A DNA stretch of 63,982 nt, filler included, from Craspedostauros australis (GCA_030167865.1; 5 parts of 5 records of this genome joined end to end with filler, not necessarily neighbours in it), one strand, 5' to 3'; positions 43,295 to 55,533 are shown, numbered from the whole stretch's first letter. Made by a program: numbers and translations. The notes: generated from the sequence alone by a model not told the origin.

Positions 43295-44551
43295 TCAACC
43301 GTAGTCGAAACGCAGCGGCGGGTCGCCGTACATGTCCTTCCGTTCGACCTTCATTTTGAAGTGGTGCAAGAACTTCAAGACGGTGGGGTAGGACGTTTGG
43401 AGATCGAGGCCGACAGCAAGGGGCGTGTGGTTCGACAAGAGCTTCTTCCAGTATCGTGCCAATGTTGCAATCATGGCATCTCCGCCCCATCCGCGCCCGT
43501 GGTTGGATATCCAGCTGTCGTTGATGTAGATGCAATGGCAGAACCCAAACAATATTGCAAGCTGTATGCTGGGATCTTGGATGCCGGCATACCTCCTCTT
43601 GAATTGGTCGAACGTTCGTATGATGTGGAACCAGAAGGTCGTGGACGTGCAGCGACCGTTCGTCGCGCCATCGCCGAGGACCAGGCTCTCCATTTCCACC
43701 ATATCCTGGAATCTCGCGTTGGTGCACCGAAGAAGCGACGCGTTCGACGATTCCTGGCCCGGGGCCATGCGGTCAGCCACCGCGCGTTGATCCTTCTTGG
43801 TTTGGAGCCATTGATGCAGGCGCGATCCCTTCGCTGCCTTCCGCAGGTCGATGCAGACTTCGCCGCAGGACGCGATGTTTGGTTTGTGCTCCGTGCTGTG
43901 AGCACTTTGTGTATCAGAGGCAAAGTCATCGTGGATATGCAAACTGCCGCGGACCTTGCCTGCATCCTTCGTTGCAAATGCCCCGCGCTGCGCGGACGCT
44001 TTTAGAGTGGCGTTGGATTTGAGCGGAATGCCTTTGACCAGTGCGCTCGATCCGTCGCGCTTGTTTGGCACAAGTAGCACTGTATCTGACGATGCCGTTG
44101 GCAACGGCGACAAAGTCAGCGAAGAGGACGACAGCGATCGTGGCAATGGAGATGAGCTCGGCACCAAATTGCGATCGGGAAGGTGATTGAATCGAACCCC
44201 GTTGAACGGCTTCGACATGGGCCCTGGCACATGCGGCAACTGCGGGATGGTGAATTTGTTGATGTTTTGGAACGGTGGTCTTGTGCGGAAGATGATCTGC
44301 TGCCCAGTCTGGCTGCTGGTGCTGCTGCTGTGCGACTTCTTTGACGTCTTCGCTGTCTTCGAAATGCTCGGTTTGCCACCATTGGTTGGGTTTCTTGAAA
44401 CTGCATTGCTGCGATCCTGAAATGCGCGTCGTGGCAGTGCCATACCCTGTTGGTTGCTGCTCTTGTGTACGGCGCCTATTGTTGGATTCGTGGTGCGATT
44501 CATCGCATGCATTGTGTCCATGCTGTTCATGCCATTCATATTGGAGGGCAT
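43295..44551 (-). CDS. Hypothetical protein, paralog B (conserved C-terminal helical domain)
   Basis: 418-aa ORF. C-terminus LARYWKKLLSNHTPLAVGLDLQTSYPTVLKFL aligns with paralog A. Confidence 0.75.
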   Translation of the reverse strand: MPSNMNGMNSMDTMHAMNRTTNPTIGAVHKSSNQQGMALPRRAFQDRSNAVSRNPTNGGKPSISKTAKTSKKSHSSSTSSQTGQQIIFRTRPPFQNINKFTIPQLPHVPGPMSKPFNGVRFNHLPDRNLVPSSSPLPRSLSSSSLTLSPLPTASSDTVLLVPNKRDGSSALVKGIPLKSNATLKASAQRGAFATKDAGKVRGSLHIHDDFASDTQSAHSTEHKPNIASCGEVCIDLRKAAKGSRLHQWLQTKKDQRAVADRMAPGQESSNASLLRCTNARFQDMVEMESLVLGDGATNGRCTSTTFWFHIIRTFDQFKRRYAGIQDPSIQLAILFGFCHCIYINDSWISNHGRGWGGDAMIATLARYWKKLLSNHTPLAVGLDLQTSYPTVLKFLHHFKMKVERKDMYGDPPLRFDYG

Positions 44552-45890
44552 TTTGTCTCGCTTTGATTGAGGAAGACGCGTTTGGTTCTGCTGATGATGA
44601 GAGGCGAGTCCTGATAATTGCTTGATGCCTGATGCTTGATCGTTGATGCAAGCCTATTCCGAGACTTTTCCGAATCGCGATGGTTGTGGTTGTGGTAGTG
44701 GCGGTGGCGATGGGTGTGGAGATGGCGGTGGCTGTGATGAAAGTAGCAATCGAGAATTTGTGAGTTGATGGATCACACCGGAAGACGTGTTTGTTCCCGA
44801 TGGTGGATGAAGCTGTCAGAACCAGACAAGCGGATGGTTTTGCGGATCTCTACTTGTTCCAGTATGGTTGTTGGCATGTACCTCTCCACGAGTCCAACAA
44901 CAGGACAACGAAGATGGTGCTTATCGAGGATGGCGATCTCAATCTCGATGGCGACAGCGTCGGCGATGGGAATGGTCGGAGCAGCCACCTGAAGTCCATG
45001 TGAACACATTCATGACGAACCGGTGGCGGTAGCGCGATGAATACGGGATGGGATCTGCACACATACGAGTAAAACCAGGAGTCGAGTATGGTATTATACT
45101 TTGCACGTTATTACTATATACCATGCTTCACAACTCCAGTACCGTAAGCAACACCCAATGGAGTAATGGGGAAGCAAAGTATGCTTGTGCTTCTCCGACT
45201 CCGCCTACAAGCACATGGTGACGAAGGGCAACGGCCAGTTTCACGTGTTTGCATTGACGGCGTTGTCTGGTCATGTTTCGATGTGTTTTGTGAGGACCAA
45301 AAACGGTCGAATGGAGGAAGGAGAAATAACGACTATATCATGTCACATGCGACATGATGAAGGATTCAAAACTGGACTAGTCCAACTGATCGGCGTGAGG
45401 ACCCCTTTGACTGCTTTGATGACATTGGGGTTCGCTTTTGTATTCATCTGTTCCCATTTTTCGTTCCACAAATCAACCAAAGGCTTCTTTTTACCGCATT
45501 GTGCGTGTTCTTTTTCGTGCAGCTGCCATTCATGTCAATCTGGTGTCAACACGCACTCCTCACATCGCGATGACGTTGGGACGAAGGGGGAGGGTCGAAG
45601 ATAACGCGAACGAGGATGCGAACCACGAGGAGGCTGACACCTCACGCAAGGCACAACACACATGGGGCGGCCGCGATGGCCACAGCGAGAGAGAGAGAGA
45701 GCACCGCTGCCAGAAGCAACGCGGTGGAGCGGCATCAGATGAGGCAGGATGACACAGCGCGAGTCCGGGAGGCAAGCTGCCGGGAGCAGTCACAATTTGA
45801 GACCAGAACACAAAGGCAACAACCGCAAAGAACAATCGCAAGAAACCGCGAAGGAATCCCACACGAACAAGAAGGAAGAGGAGTAACAAG

Positions 45891-46704
45891 ATGATGCTCA
45901 GCCGCTTCTCACGAACGTCCACTCTGACCCGCACAGCGTTGTCCCGCAATGCACGAACCATGGCTTCCCTCCAGGATACCCTCAAGGGCAAGGTAAGTTC
46001 TGGGTCTTGCACTGCCGATGGCTGCTGATTCCACGAAGGACGAAAGGAGTCGGTGTTGCGCGGATCGATTCATGACTTGGACGATGGCAGATCATTGGGG
46101 ATGCCGTTCACTATGCTTGGTCTGTTGTATGGTGTCGCGCTTTGCGATTCACTCTTCTTTCCCCCACCTTCACTATGCAATCGATTCAGCATCCTGGTAT
46201 CTTCACTCGCTCGCGTATCGGTGTGCCCACCTTGCCCCTCTCCCATTTCTCATATTATCATGTTGCATTGATTCCTGTGTTGTGGCTTGTGCTTGTGCTT
46301 GCGTTTGCTTGTTTGCGTTTGCTTGCGTCGATGCTGTTCCGTCGCATCGTTCGATACTGCGGGCACCATGCCATGATCGACGTCACCGCCATCAACAAAA
46401 AATGAAATGCCCGTCACATGCCACATTCGGATGCAAACAAAACAACACACACACATATATATACACGACCGAACAGGAACGAGTGGAAGAGGATCGTTTC
46501 ATGAGAGCCCAAGACGAGAAATGGAGAGAGAAGCTCCGCGAAATCAGGGCCCTGGAAGCGACGGACGAAGAGCACCGCATCCACAGCGAGGTCATCTCGC
46601 CCGTGATGCAGGAAGTTTCCTCGATGCTCGCCGCGACCGGTGATGGCAACGTATCGGAGACTGGATTGGAGCGCATGGCGAAATGGAAGCTCGGATTGAA
46701 GTAG
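45891..46704 (+). CDS. Two-exon mitochondrial protein, probable F1Fo-ATPase inhibitor (IF1-like), ~109 aa
   Basis: Exon 1 45891-45992 (MMLSRFSRTSTLTRTALSRNARTMASLQDTLKGK, an R/S/T-rich presequence). Intron 45993-46476 (GTAAGT...AACAG), phase 0. Exon 2 46477-46704 gives KERVEEDRFMRAQDEKWREKLRE, resembling the IF1 motif. Confidence 0.7.
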
Positions 46705-48423
46705 AGATCGCTGCTTTTGCAGTCTTCACCTCAGCGGTGTCCAGACCACCGTCGTCGGCGTAGCTCGCACGCATGATTGTCAGCATCGGCGCCATGAGCG
46801 TCAGCATCATTATCATCATCATCATCATCGCAATGAGTGACCCTTTGGCGTCGAATGCAGCTCGTGTGGACGAGGCGGCGACCAGAGCATACATCGCAAC
46901 AACCATGCAGGAGGTTTCAAGTTCTCAGGCGTTTTATTCAATCCATCTCCCGCGACGAATCATGAGCTGCCTGCCGCTCTTGATCGCCACCATTTCGTCG
47001 ACGAAGCGTACGATGCACTTGATCCCAAAACCAAGACCTAACATATTAGCGACTCCAATAGAAAACCCCCACATTAACAGCAGTCTGCGAGCTACTACGC
47101 GAAAGCAAACAATGCCGCATCAACAGGCGCATTGGACTCCAACCTTTCATCTGTGTGCACTCCATGAAGAATCTTGTCTCCTGACTCATCTTGATGATGG
47201 ACACTGATGGAGATGGAAGGAACTGGCAAAGTTAGGCCTGTCGCCAACGCAAACGAGAAGCGGCGAACAAGGTGGAGAGGGCAAGAGCGAGTGTTGATCG
47301 CAGTCGCGGCTTGTTGAGTGCAACAGAGGAGAAGCACGAAACCACGTGTTGTTGATCATGACTCACAGTCACTTGATTCCCGCCACACGTTTTTACTCCC
47401 GTCCAGCGATGACTGGCCTAGTCGCTGTTGTCGCACTGCGTCATCGGGCTTCTTTGTTGTTGTTAGTAGATGTCCTGTGCGACATGGTGGGTGGACATGG
47501 ATTTATCAAAGTAACCATGACCAGAAAGACCGAGAGCTATTTTCTCCAATCCAAGCGAAAGGGCAATACAATGTGATGCGATGGTGTTGCTTGCTGCAGT
47601 GCCAAAAGAGGCGCGCCGTTCACGCCGTGTTTGCGTGTGCAGCAACGAATCACGTGGCGATGCAAAAACAGGACTGGTTTTGACGTCCGTGGTTGATGTC
47701 GCTGATGTTTGCTTGGTGTGTTTGTTTGTGTGTTCGCGATGTCTGTTTCGTCGCCTTGGCTGCGCACAAACAAGAACGAACACCAAGAAAGCAGGCAACA
47801 GCGCAGCGGCCAAGAAACGGCAACCAAGAAAACAGCGACACATCGGTGGACAAACGCAGGAAGGCCACCAATCAAGAGGCGAACGGGGAAGCACAGCAAG
47901 CTCCACCACTTTGAGGTTGACAGCCACAGACAACATCAGCACAATTAGCAATAGCAATAGCAATAGCAGCATCAAGCAACACAATCGATCCAACTCTGGA
48001 GAGAGGAGACGCCAAGCGCATTCCTGTCGCAGGTCCATCTTGCAGCAAGCGGGAGAACGAGCACTGCTCAAAAGGCCCGTTCATCGCTCCAACAACCGCA
48101 GCCAGCCATTGTGACAGCCACTGCGACAGCTGCTGCAACCCACTCCCTGGACTCGTGCTCGGAATCGTACTCGTACGTTGCTATCGGCATCTCACTGAGG
48201 TTGGTACGCCTGACAGCAGTCAGCAGATAAGGACGCAAGTTGCTCAGCAACTGTCGACAACTGTCTTGTTCACGAGGAGGAAGGCAAGAGGAAGGCTGTT
48301 GACACAACAAGAAGGAGGAACCGAAAGCAGGTTGGCTTGTGGACAAAGTACGAGCTAGGAGAACCATTCATCTCCGCAACAGCAACTGCAACAGCAACTG
48401 CAACTGCAACTGCAACCGCCAGG

Positions 48424-51400
48424 ATGGACCGCTACACACAGAATGCGGGACAATCGTCCGTGCAGCCGTATCACTACAGCACGCACCATCATCACCCGCC
48501 ACAGCCACCGCGACAAAGGCAACAGCAGCAGCAGCAACAACAACAGCCGCAGGGACCATCGGTCTCGCCGCCTCCGCCGGTCGGGTACATCACTTCGCCT
48601 GCCATGGTCACTCACGGCAACCATCCCCATCGAAACGCCAGCACTCACGCAGCTCACGCAACTCACGATCATGGGAACGGAGCAGCGGCAACTATTTCAC
48701 CGCAGCAATCGTCGTCGCAACCGCCGTCGCAACCGCCAGCATACACTTCCGCCCCCTCCCAAGCTGCACCGCCAAGGAACATCATCAAGTTCAACTCCAC
48801 GGGCAGCATCAATGAATCCGTCATCACGGAGGGGAGCTATGGAGAACCGCCGCCTCAGCAGCAGCAATCGCAGCAGCAGCAATCGCAACAACCGCATCCG
48901 CAGGCGCAGCATCACAACAACGGCAAAGCTATCCAATCGCAATCCATACATCGTCATTCCTACTCCTACACGGCGAACCACGGCACTTCTCTCATGCAGC
49001 AGTATAGACCGCGGCGATCAGTCACCTCCGGCACATCCCCACACGGTCATCCACAACAACAACAACAACAACAGCAGCAGCAGCAACTACAGTTACCATC
49101 GCACCGATCTTCCTTCACATCCGGTGCCCAGCATCGCACATCCATAGCATCCAAGATCTCATCCCTAACGAGGGATTCCTCCACACGATCGATCATGGAG
49201 GAGGATGCATGCGCCATGATGATACAGAACTTTGCGGAGATCACGCATCTGTGCGGCCGGGCCATCGAGCAGACGATCGTGCAGGAGCTGTATCGGCAGG
49301 TCTGTGCCAATCACGCCGCCTACGATGCCAGCAACGCTTCCGTTGCATCGTCTGGCAACACCACCGCCAAACACCGCAATTCCGCCTACTATCACAGACT
49401 CAACAGCGGCAGCGGCAGCATCAATGCGGGCAACATCAAGGCAATCAGCAACGGAGACGGGAATGTGTCCACCGCACCGCATGCATCCTCCTCGGTGTCG
49501 CAGTTCATGTCGTCGTCGCAGGCGCTCTTCGTGCACGGTCCATGGGGTGTTGGCAAGACGGCATTCATCTTGGACTTTTATGAGACGTTGCAAAATAATG
49601 CGTCGGCTGCGCACGGCAGTCGGTATCACACCTTTTGCAAGGGGACCTTCCAGAGGTTTCAGCGTCCCGCGGGACGTTCCGCCATGCCAAGCAATGACAA
49701 CAGCAACGCGAAGAAGAACAAGAATCTGGCCACGGGTGATGCTTCCGCCAAAAAAGGTGCACATGTCAGCAGCTCGGTCAAGCATGCCGCGATCAATGCG
49801 GCTGGGCAGGTGGTATCGGACGCTATTCCGCCATCCGCCAACGGCTACGCGAATCCTGCCATTCCGCCGCCGGGGACCGCTCTCCTCGACGCTCTCGACG
49901 AACTGTGCACCGGCCTCGAACGTTCCGCATCCAGCACCAAGATCCGCTCCCTCATCCGGCGTTCCTACGCCAACAAGCCCAACCGGGAGCAGCGGCAGAG
50001 CTTCTGGAGGGCGATCCAGAGCGTCCCAAAGCTGCATTCCATTGTGGGGAATATCCCGCAGCCAAATCTGCAACGTAAGTCATCACCAGCTCTCAACAAC
50101 GCCGAATCCACGGGCACGCCGCCTCATCATGCAAACAGCAACAGCAACAACAACAACAACGATGATTCCAAAACAGCTGCGCCAACGTCCACAATCACAC
50201 CCCAGGATATCCAGCAGCTCGCCATGGTGTTCCGTCAAATTCTTCGCATCGTCTGCACGTCGACGCATCCCGTCATCCTCTTCCTGGACGATCTCCAATA
50301 CGCCGATCAGGCATCGTACCAATTCATCACATCGTTGCTGGAACCGCCTGGCATTCGCAACTTCTTCTTCATCGGTTGCTTCCGCGATGACGATCCCGTG
50401 GACACCCTCATCATGAGGCTCCGAAACGGCCAGGACTCCTCCAACGCTCATCCCAAACCTCTCATGCGGTCAGGCAACATGAACGTCGGTCCTGCGAGCG
50501 TGACCGGCACATCCAACACGAGCGTGGAGCGTAGGCGCAGCAGCATGGCATCCACGTCGTCTAATTACTTCGGGCCTGCGGACAATGCAGCCGCATCCGG
50601 TCTATCACCCATGTTCCTGTCGTTCCTGGAATCTGTTTTTGCCGCGAACAACACCAATGCCCAGGGATCACGCTCGCAGCATGCGAACAAACAATCCGAC
50701 GCCAAACTTCATGGAAAGCAGCAACAGCCGTCCTCCATCACTGGCGGCGGCGCCATCACCACGGTGCACGGGACCACCACCATCACGACATCGGATTCTC
50801 CTTCAACGCCGCAGATAACCACGGTGCGGTTGGGAAGCCTCACTCTCGACAATGTCCAGGAATTGTTGAGTGAGCTGACTGCGAGTCACAACGCATCTGA
50901 GGTCACGGCCTTCGCGCAAGTCATCTACGATCACACGCACGGCAACCCAGCCTCCATCTTGCAATTCTTGGAGATGCTGCAGCGTCGCGGGGCCTTATCC
51001 TTCTCCTTCCAAACCCACAGGTGGTCCTGGAGCCTGCAGGATATCCGCCTCATCGTGCGGCAACAGCAGCAGCAGGAGGATCAAGACCTCCAAAACAACG
51101 TCGAGAATGTCACGCCAGCCCCCTCGGGCACGAGCACGTTGGCCGGGGCGTCTATGAAACCGACGGATTGGAAGAATCGCATCCAACATGTCCCCAAGGA
51201 AGGGCAGACACTGTTGAGATTGGCAGCATGCATAGGAATGACATTCGATTCCACCATGCTGCAGTATCTCGCGATGCATCTGGGCATGCTGGATGTGGAT
51301 TACCATCTGGAGATGAAGCAGGCCATGAAGTCGGTCGTGGAGGAGGCAGTCTCTGGAAGGCTCATACATCCCGATCAGCTGCAACAGGTGATGCAAACCC

Positions 51401-53979
51401 AAATGTCCAACATCATCGAAGACGACGGCGACGACGCCTCGTTGCGACAGTCATTTTACGAAGAGTCGTTGTCCATGAGCATCAACGAGGCCGAGATCCA
51501 AGGCATGATCCGTCCAGTCATGTCGACGAAACGCACCAGCCCCAACTTCTCGGGCATGAGCGCCGACGGAGGCCCGGCATCTACCACGAAGCATCGATTC
51601 ACAGACCCCACAATCTACCAGTACTTTGTCGATGAAACGCCGGCCGGTGAGGAACGCGCCAAGCTCCACTTGGGAATCGGGCAAGTGCTGCGCTCCTTCA
51701 ACGAGTATCGACCCGAGGATGAAATCCTCTTTGCCGCCATCGACCATTTGCACCGCGGTGCTTCTTGCTACCTCGCTTCGTCCAAGAAGCGAATGCCCAA
51801 CAAGATAAGGAAGCATGGCGAGAACTCTGGATCCAACAAGCCAGCGATATCGGCAGAAACAGCAGGCACAAGCGCAGGCCAAGCCGAGCTTGTAAATGTC
51901 CTACGCAAGGAGAAGCCGGGATCTGTGGACGTCATTGACGGCGGTCTCGACGGGTCAGATGGAAATGATGTGCTTCCAGATTCCGATCGAGTTGCCATCA
52001 TCGAGCTGCACATGGTGGCCAGTGATAAGGCCAGGTCGCAGTCCGCATTCTTTCTTGCCGCAGACGTGCTGTCCCGCGCCATCGACTTGGTGAAGGAGGC
52101 GCATGATTGGAAGCACCATTATCCCATGATGCTGCATCTCCACACAATGGCTGCCAACGCAGACATCGCCTGCGGGCGCACAGAGACCGCTAACGCCAAT
52201 ATTCAGCAGGTCTTGACGCACAGCCGATCGTTGCCAGACAGGCTGGATGCCGAATTCAACAAACTGCAGGTATTGCAATCTCAAGCCAAACTGCAGGCTG
52301 CAGCCGATTCGACGCTCACAGTCTTGTCCGTGCTTGGCGTGTCGCCACCCGATCGCATGAACCGACGCGTGCTCAACAAGTTGATGCGAACTGTACGGGA
52401 TGACGTCCAAAGCACAGACGAATCGAGCCTCCTGCACAGTGTGCACGTACAGGATGACCAGCAGACTCAGAAGTTGCGCTTCCTCAGCGCGCTGGCCATG
52501 ATCGCGTACCACCAAGCCGATGCCGATTGGCTGACTTGGTCGTACCTGGAGATGATGCGGATCTCTGTACGCAAGATGATGTTGTGTCGTTACACACCGT
52601 CCGCGTTCGCTGGCTACGGATTCCTGCTGGCGTCTTTGGGCGACATGGAGCAGGCGTATCATTACAGCAAGTTAGCCGTATCGCTCAGCGATCGACTGGA
52701 GAATGATGGGTGCGTCCCCGTGACCACGTGGATCGTGTACTCCCATCTTCATCATCTGGGAAATTCGTTGCTTGATGCCGTGAGCCCCTTGCTCGCGGGA
52801 TACCAAACCGGCATCTCCAGCGGCAACGTCGCGTACGCCACACGCTGCATCGCATCATCCGCCGCAATGGGCTTCGTTTGTGCTCTGCCTCTGAGACCGT
52901 ACAGAGAGGACATGAAGCATGTCTGCGCACAACTCAGGACCCTGCGACAGGATGTGCAGTGGAGGATGGCCGTGCCATTTTGGCTGGTCGCGGAAGAGAT
53001 GATCGGAGGCGAACGGCGTCGCCCCTATCAGCATCACAATCAGCATGTCGGCGAGGGAGAATCAGAACAGATTCGAGAATTCCGTGAGCAGAAAAAGGAA
53101 TATGAGGACGTCATCGCGGCGGCGCTTCACAACAACGCCGCAGCCACTGGAGCCGAAAAGCTGTCAGTTCTTTACCACTGCTTCTTGCGTTGCATGACAT
53201 CCTACATTCTCTTCCAATTTGACGAAGCCGAGCGATGGCGCTGCGAGCTGGAGAAACGGAGGAAGAAGGTTACGGTGCTGCAATCGCATTTCCTGACCCC
53301 GATGATTTGCCTGTTTGCGGGGCTAACGTGCTTCCATCGATTCCAAGAAACTCGGAGCCGCAAGTACCGACGCAAAGGGAGGAAGATGCGAAAGCAGCTG
53401 GCCGACATGATCAACTCGGATGGGACATTCCTAAATTACCAGGGCATGCTTCATCTGCTTGACGCAGAGGATACTTTGAAGGGGAGCCGGGAAAAGCGGC
53501 GGCTATACGAAGATGCCATCCACGCATTTTCCAATGCTGGGTGGATCCACCTGCAAGCTGTTGCCGCAGAACGATTTGCGAGAGCCTCGTTGAAGCTGAA
53601 TGAGCGGGACATGCACCAGAACCTTCTTCGTGTGTCCATCCGACTGTACGCCGAATGGGGTGCTATCGCCAAAGTCCGCCAGCTTCGCGATGAAAATGGG
53701 TTGCCTCTGGATGAGCTCCAAAGCGACGAAGGTCAGCATCGACAACATTCAAACCCACACCCACATCAACCGCATTTTACGCCACCGGAACAGCAGCAAC
53801 ATCAGCAACATCAGCAACACGACGAGCGTCAACAGCAGCCAGGAAGCAATGCAGCCTTCGGTGTTCAGCGTTCATCGCAGGGGAATCGCAGCAGCGCAAA
53901 TCTCACCCGACTGTCACACTTCACCCCAATGGAAGGGCACAAGGAGGAGGACTACATCAGTAGTGATACGTTCTTTTAG
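48424..53979 (+). CDS. STAND-type (AAA_16-like) NTPase with polyQ/H-rich N-terminus and C-terminal TPR-like superhelix
   Basis: ~1850-aa ORF; first ATG at 48424. Walker A LFVHGPWGVGKT (GPWGVGKT at 49537-49560), Walker B VILFLDDLQYAD and GxP motif THGNP. LRLAACIG and C-terminal YAEWGAIAKV are typical of this family. Confidence 0.88.
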   Translation: MDRYTQNAGQSSVQPYHYSTHHHHPPQPPRQRQQQQQQQQQPQGPSVSPPPPVGYITSPAMVTHGNHPHRNASTHAAHATHDHGNGAAATISPQQSSSQPPSQPPAYTSAPSQAAPPRNIIKFNSTGSINESVITEGSYGEPPPQQQQSQQQQSQQPHPQAQHHNNGKAIQSQSIHRHSYSYTANHGTSLMQQYRPRRSVTSGTSPHGHPQQQQQQQQQQQLQLPSHRSSFTSGAQHRTSIASKISSLTRDSSTRSIMEEDACAMMIQNFAEITHLCGRAIEQTIVQELYRQVCANHAAYDASNASVASSGNTTAKHRNSAYYHRLNSGSGSINAGNIKAISNGDGNVSTAPHASSSVSQFMSSSQALFVHGPWGVGKTAFILDFYETLQNNASAAHGSRYHTFCKGTFQRFQRPAGRSAMPSNDNSNAKKNKNLATGDASAKKGAHVSSSVKHAAINAAGQVVSDAIPPSANGYANPAIPPPGTALLDALDELCTGLERSASSTKIRSLIRRSYANKPNREQRQSFWRAIQSVPKLHSIVGNIPQPNLQRKSSPALNNAESTGTPPHHANSNSNNNNNDDSKTAAPTSTITPQDIQQLAMVFRQILRIVCTSTHPVILFLDDLQYADQASYQFITSLLEPPGIRNFFFIGCFRDDDPVDTLIMRLRNGQDSSNAHPKPLMRSGNMNVGPASVTGTSNTSVERRRSSMASTSSNYFGPADNAAASGLSPMFLSFLESVFAANNTNAQGSRSQHANKQSDAKLHGKQQQPSSITGGGAITTVHGTTTITTSDSPSTPQITTVRLGSLTLDNVQELLSELTASHNASEVTAFAQVIYDHTHGNPASILQFLEMLQRRGALSFSFQTHRWSWSLQDIRLIVRQQQQQEDQDLQNNVENVTPAPSGTSTLAGASMKPTDWKNRIQHVPKEGQTLLRLAACIGMTFDSTMLQYLAMHLGMLDVDYHLEMKQAMKSVVEEAVSGRLIHPDQLQQVMQTQMSNIIEDDGDDASLRQSFYEESLSMSINEAEIQGMIRPVMSTKRTSPNFSGMSADGGPASTTKHRFTDPTIYQYFVDETPAGEERAKLHLGIGQVLRSFNEYRPEDEILFAAIDHLHRGASCYLASSKKRMPNKIRKHGENSGSNKPAISAETAGTSAGQAELVNVLRKEKPGSVDVIDGGLDGSDGNDVLPDSDRVAIIELHMVASDKARSQSAFFLAADVLSRAIDLVKEAHDWKHHYPMMLHLHTMAANADIACGRTETANANIQQVLTHSRSLPDRLDAEFNKLQVLQSQAKLQAAADSTLTVLSVLGVSPPDRMNRRVLNKLMRTVRDDVQSTDESSLLHSVHVQDDQQTQKLRFLSALAMIAYHQADADWLTWSYLEMMRISVRKMMLCRYTPSAFAGYGFLLASLGDMEQAYHYSKLAVSLSDRLENDGCVPVTTWIVYSHLHHLGNSLLDAVSPLLAGYQTGISSGNVAYATRCIASSAAMGFVCALPLRPYREDMKHVCAQLRTLRQDVQWRMAVPFWLVAEEMIGGERRRPYQHHNQHVGEGESEQIREFREQKKEYEDVIAAALHNNAAATGAEKLSVLYHCFLRCMTSYILFQFDEAERWRCELEKRRKKVTVLQSHFLTPMICLFAGLTCFHRFQETRSRKYRRKGRKMRKQLADMINSDGTFLNYQGMLHLLDAEDTLKGSREKRRLYEDAIHAFSNAGWIHLQAVAAERFARASLKLNERDMHQNLLRVSIRLYAEWGAIAKVRQLRDENGLPLDELQSDEGQHRQHSNPHPHQPHFTPPEQQQHQQHQQHDERQQQPGSNAAFGVQRSSQGNRSSANLTRLSHFTPMEGHKEEDYISSDTFF

Positions 53980-55433
53980 CATGCGAAGTAGTCGCAGCCA
54001 TAGTCGCGCCGTCGTCGCGGGTGGGTAAACAGCTTACGACATGACCGTGCAGCAACCTCCGATTTCATTGTGTGGACGCACCGCTCAGTGATCTGTGTGC
54101 TCTGAAGAGTAGTAGGATGCAGTTTAGTCGCCCGCGAGCGCGAAGACCCTTGTTCAGCGATTCGGACACTGTGAGGACCGAGGGTGCCTTCGGGAAACCG
54201 CAGACACGCACACCAACATGCTGTCGTTGGCGAGCTTGTGCACCATCCTTTTGTACTAAATACGTGGACATTGGCGATCTCCATGGCCTCGCCGGAGGCA
54301 TCAAGCGGTTCCAGGTTGTGTCTTGTCTTGTCATGCAGCTGATCGCATGCAGTTGTGCGCGATGGACTCGACAGTTTTGTGGGAAGAAAAACGCGTCACG
54401 GAAATGAGAAACCTGCAGCGCTGTACCACATGGGAAATCTTTCCTATCCAATTGCAGGCCAATTCGCCGGATTCGACAAAGAACTCTTCGGACGTGATCT
54501 TGGGTGCGCAAGTCCTCTACTGCGGAAGGATGTTGAAACGGAAACTATGAAATTGGCGTTCGCCTTCGCAGCTCGCGCAAGTAGTCGCGCCAAGAGGGTC
54601 CGAAAAGGGCGGAACGGTCTTGATGCACATTGGTGTGAGAGCCGCGCACTGCCGCGAGCGGTGTGCTAAAATAGCTTCGACTTTCGTTTAGTCTTTCATG
54701 CGCATTGTTCAAGGACGAGAGCAGAGGATAGATGTCCGCTGTGCACACTTTAGTCCCTGTGTCATGGTCATGCTTGAACCAAACATGTGCAGAGAGACAA
54801 CACGAGGCAAAGCGCCCAGGATGTCCGCGCGGTGCTTGTTGGTGTTGTCACGGTCGCTGCTGAGCACAGACATTTTCCAAATTTTGCACCACCACGACTT
54901 TCTGCAGCGGTTGGAGGCGCCTAACACGCACACAGCTTTTTTTGCATCACCCAGCCGAGCAGCATTGGCCAAAACTCCTCAACGCTCGTGAAGAAAGAAC
55001 GCCATCCACCGCTGTTATTCCATGGTCGCTGTTACATACAGGCAATTTCTTTTGTTTGCATCACTTCGATTTCTTGTCGTGGGCAAAGTTGCGGGCGCTT
55101 CAGCGCAGAGTTTTTTCCACCACCTGCGCGCATGATACTCCCATAGGATGTTGCTTTTTCGTCCGTAGAGAAAAATCACGCGTCTCCCACCCGCTACCAG
55201 GTGGAGCATTGGTCGGCATTCTTGGTTCGCAGTCGCGCTTGGAAGAAGTGCTTGCGGTTCCTTGTGAGAGTGAAGCACTTCTGGTGTGCGAGTTTGACAG
55301 CGTTCGATTATGTTCTCTGCCATGGAATCATCCTACCCCAATTAACACGGTTTCAGCCTTCACGCCCACACTTTACCGCTGAAGGGCTCACACTTGATCG
55401 ATGGGAACAGCGCTCGATAAATGTCGGCAAGTT

Positions 55434-55533
55434 NNNNNNNNNNNNNNNNNNNNNNNNNNNNNNNNNNNNNNNNNNNNTTAATTAATTAANNNNNNNNNNN
55501 NNNNNNNNNNNNNNNNNNNNNNNNNNNNNNNNN
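55434..55533. other. Assembly gap with artificial TTAATTAATTAA linker
   Basis: N44-linker-N44. Confidence 0.95.
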
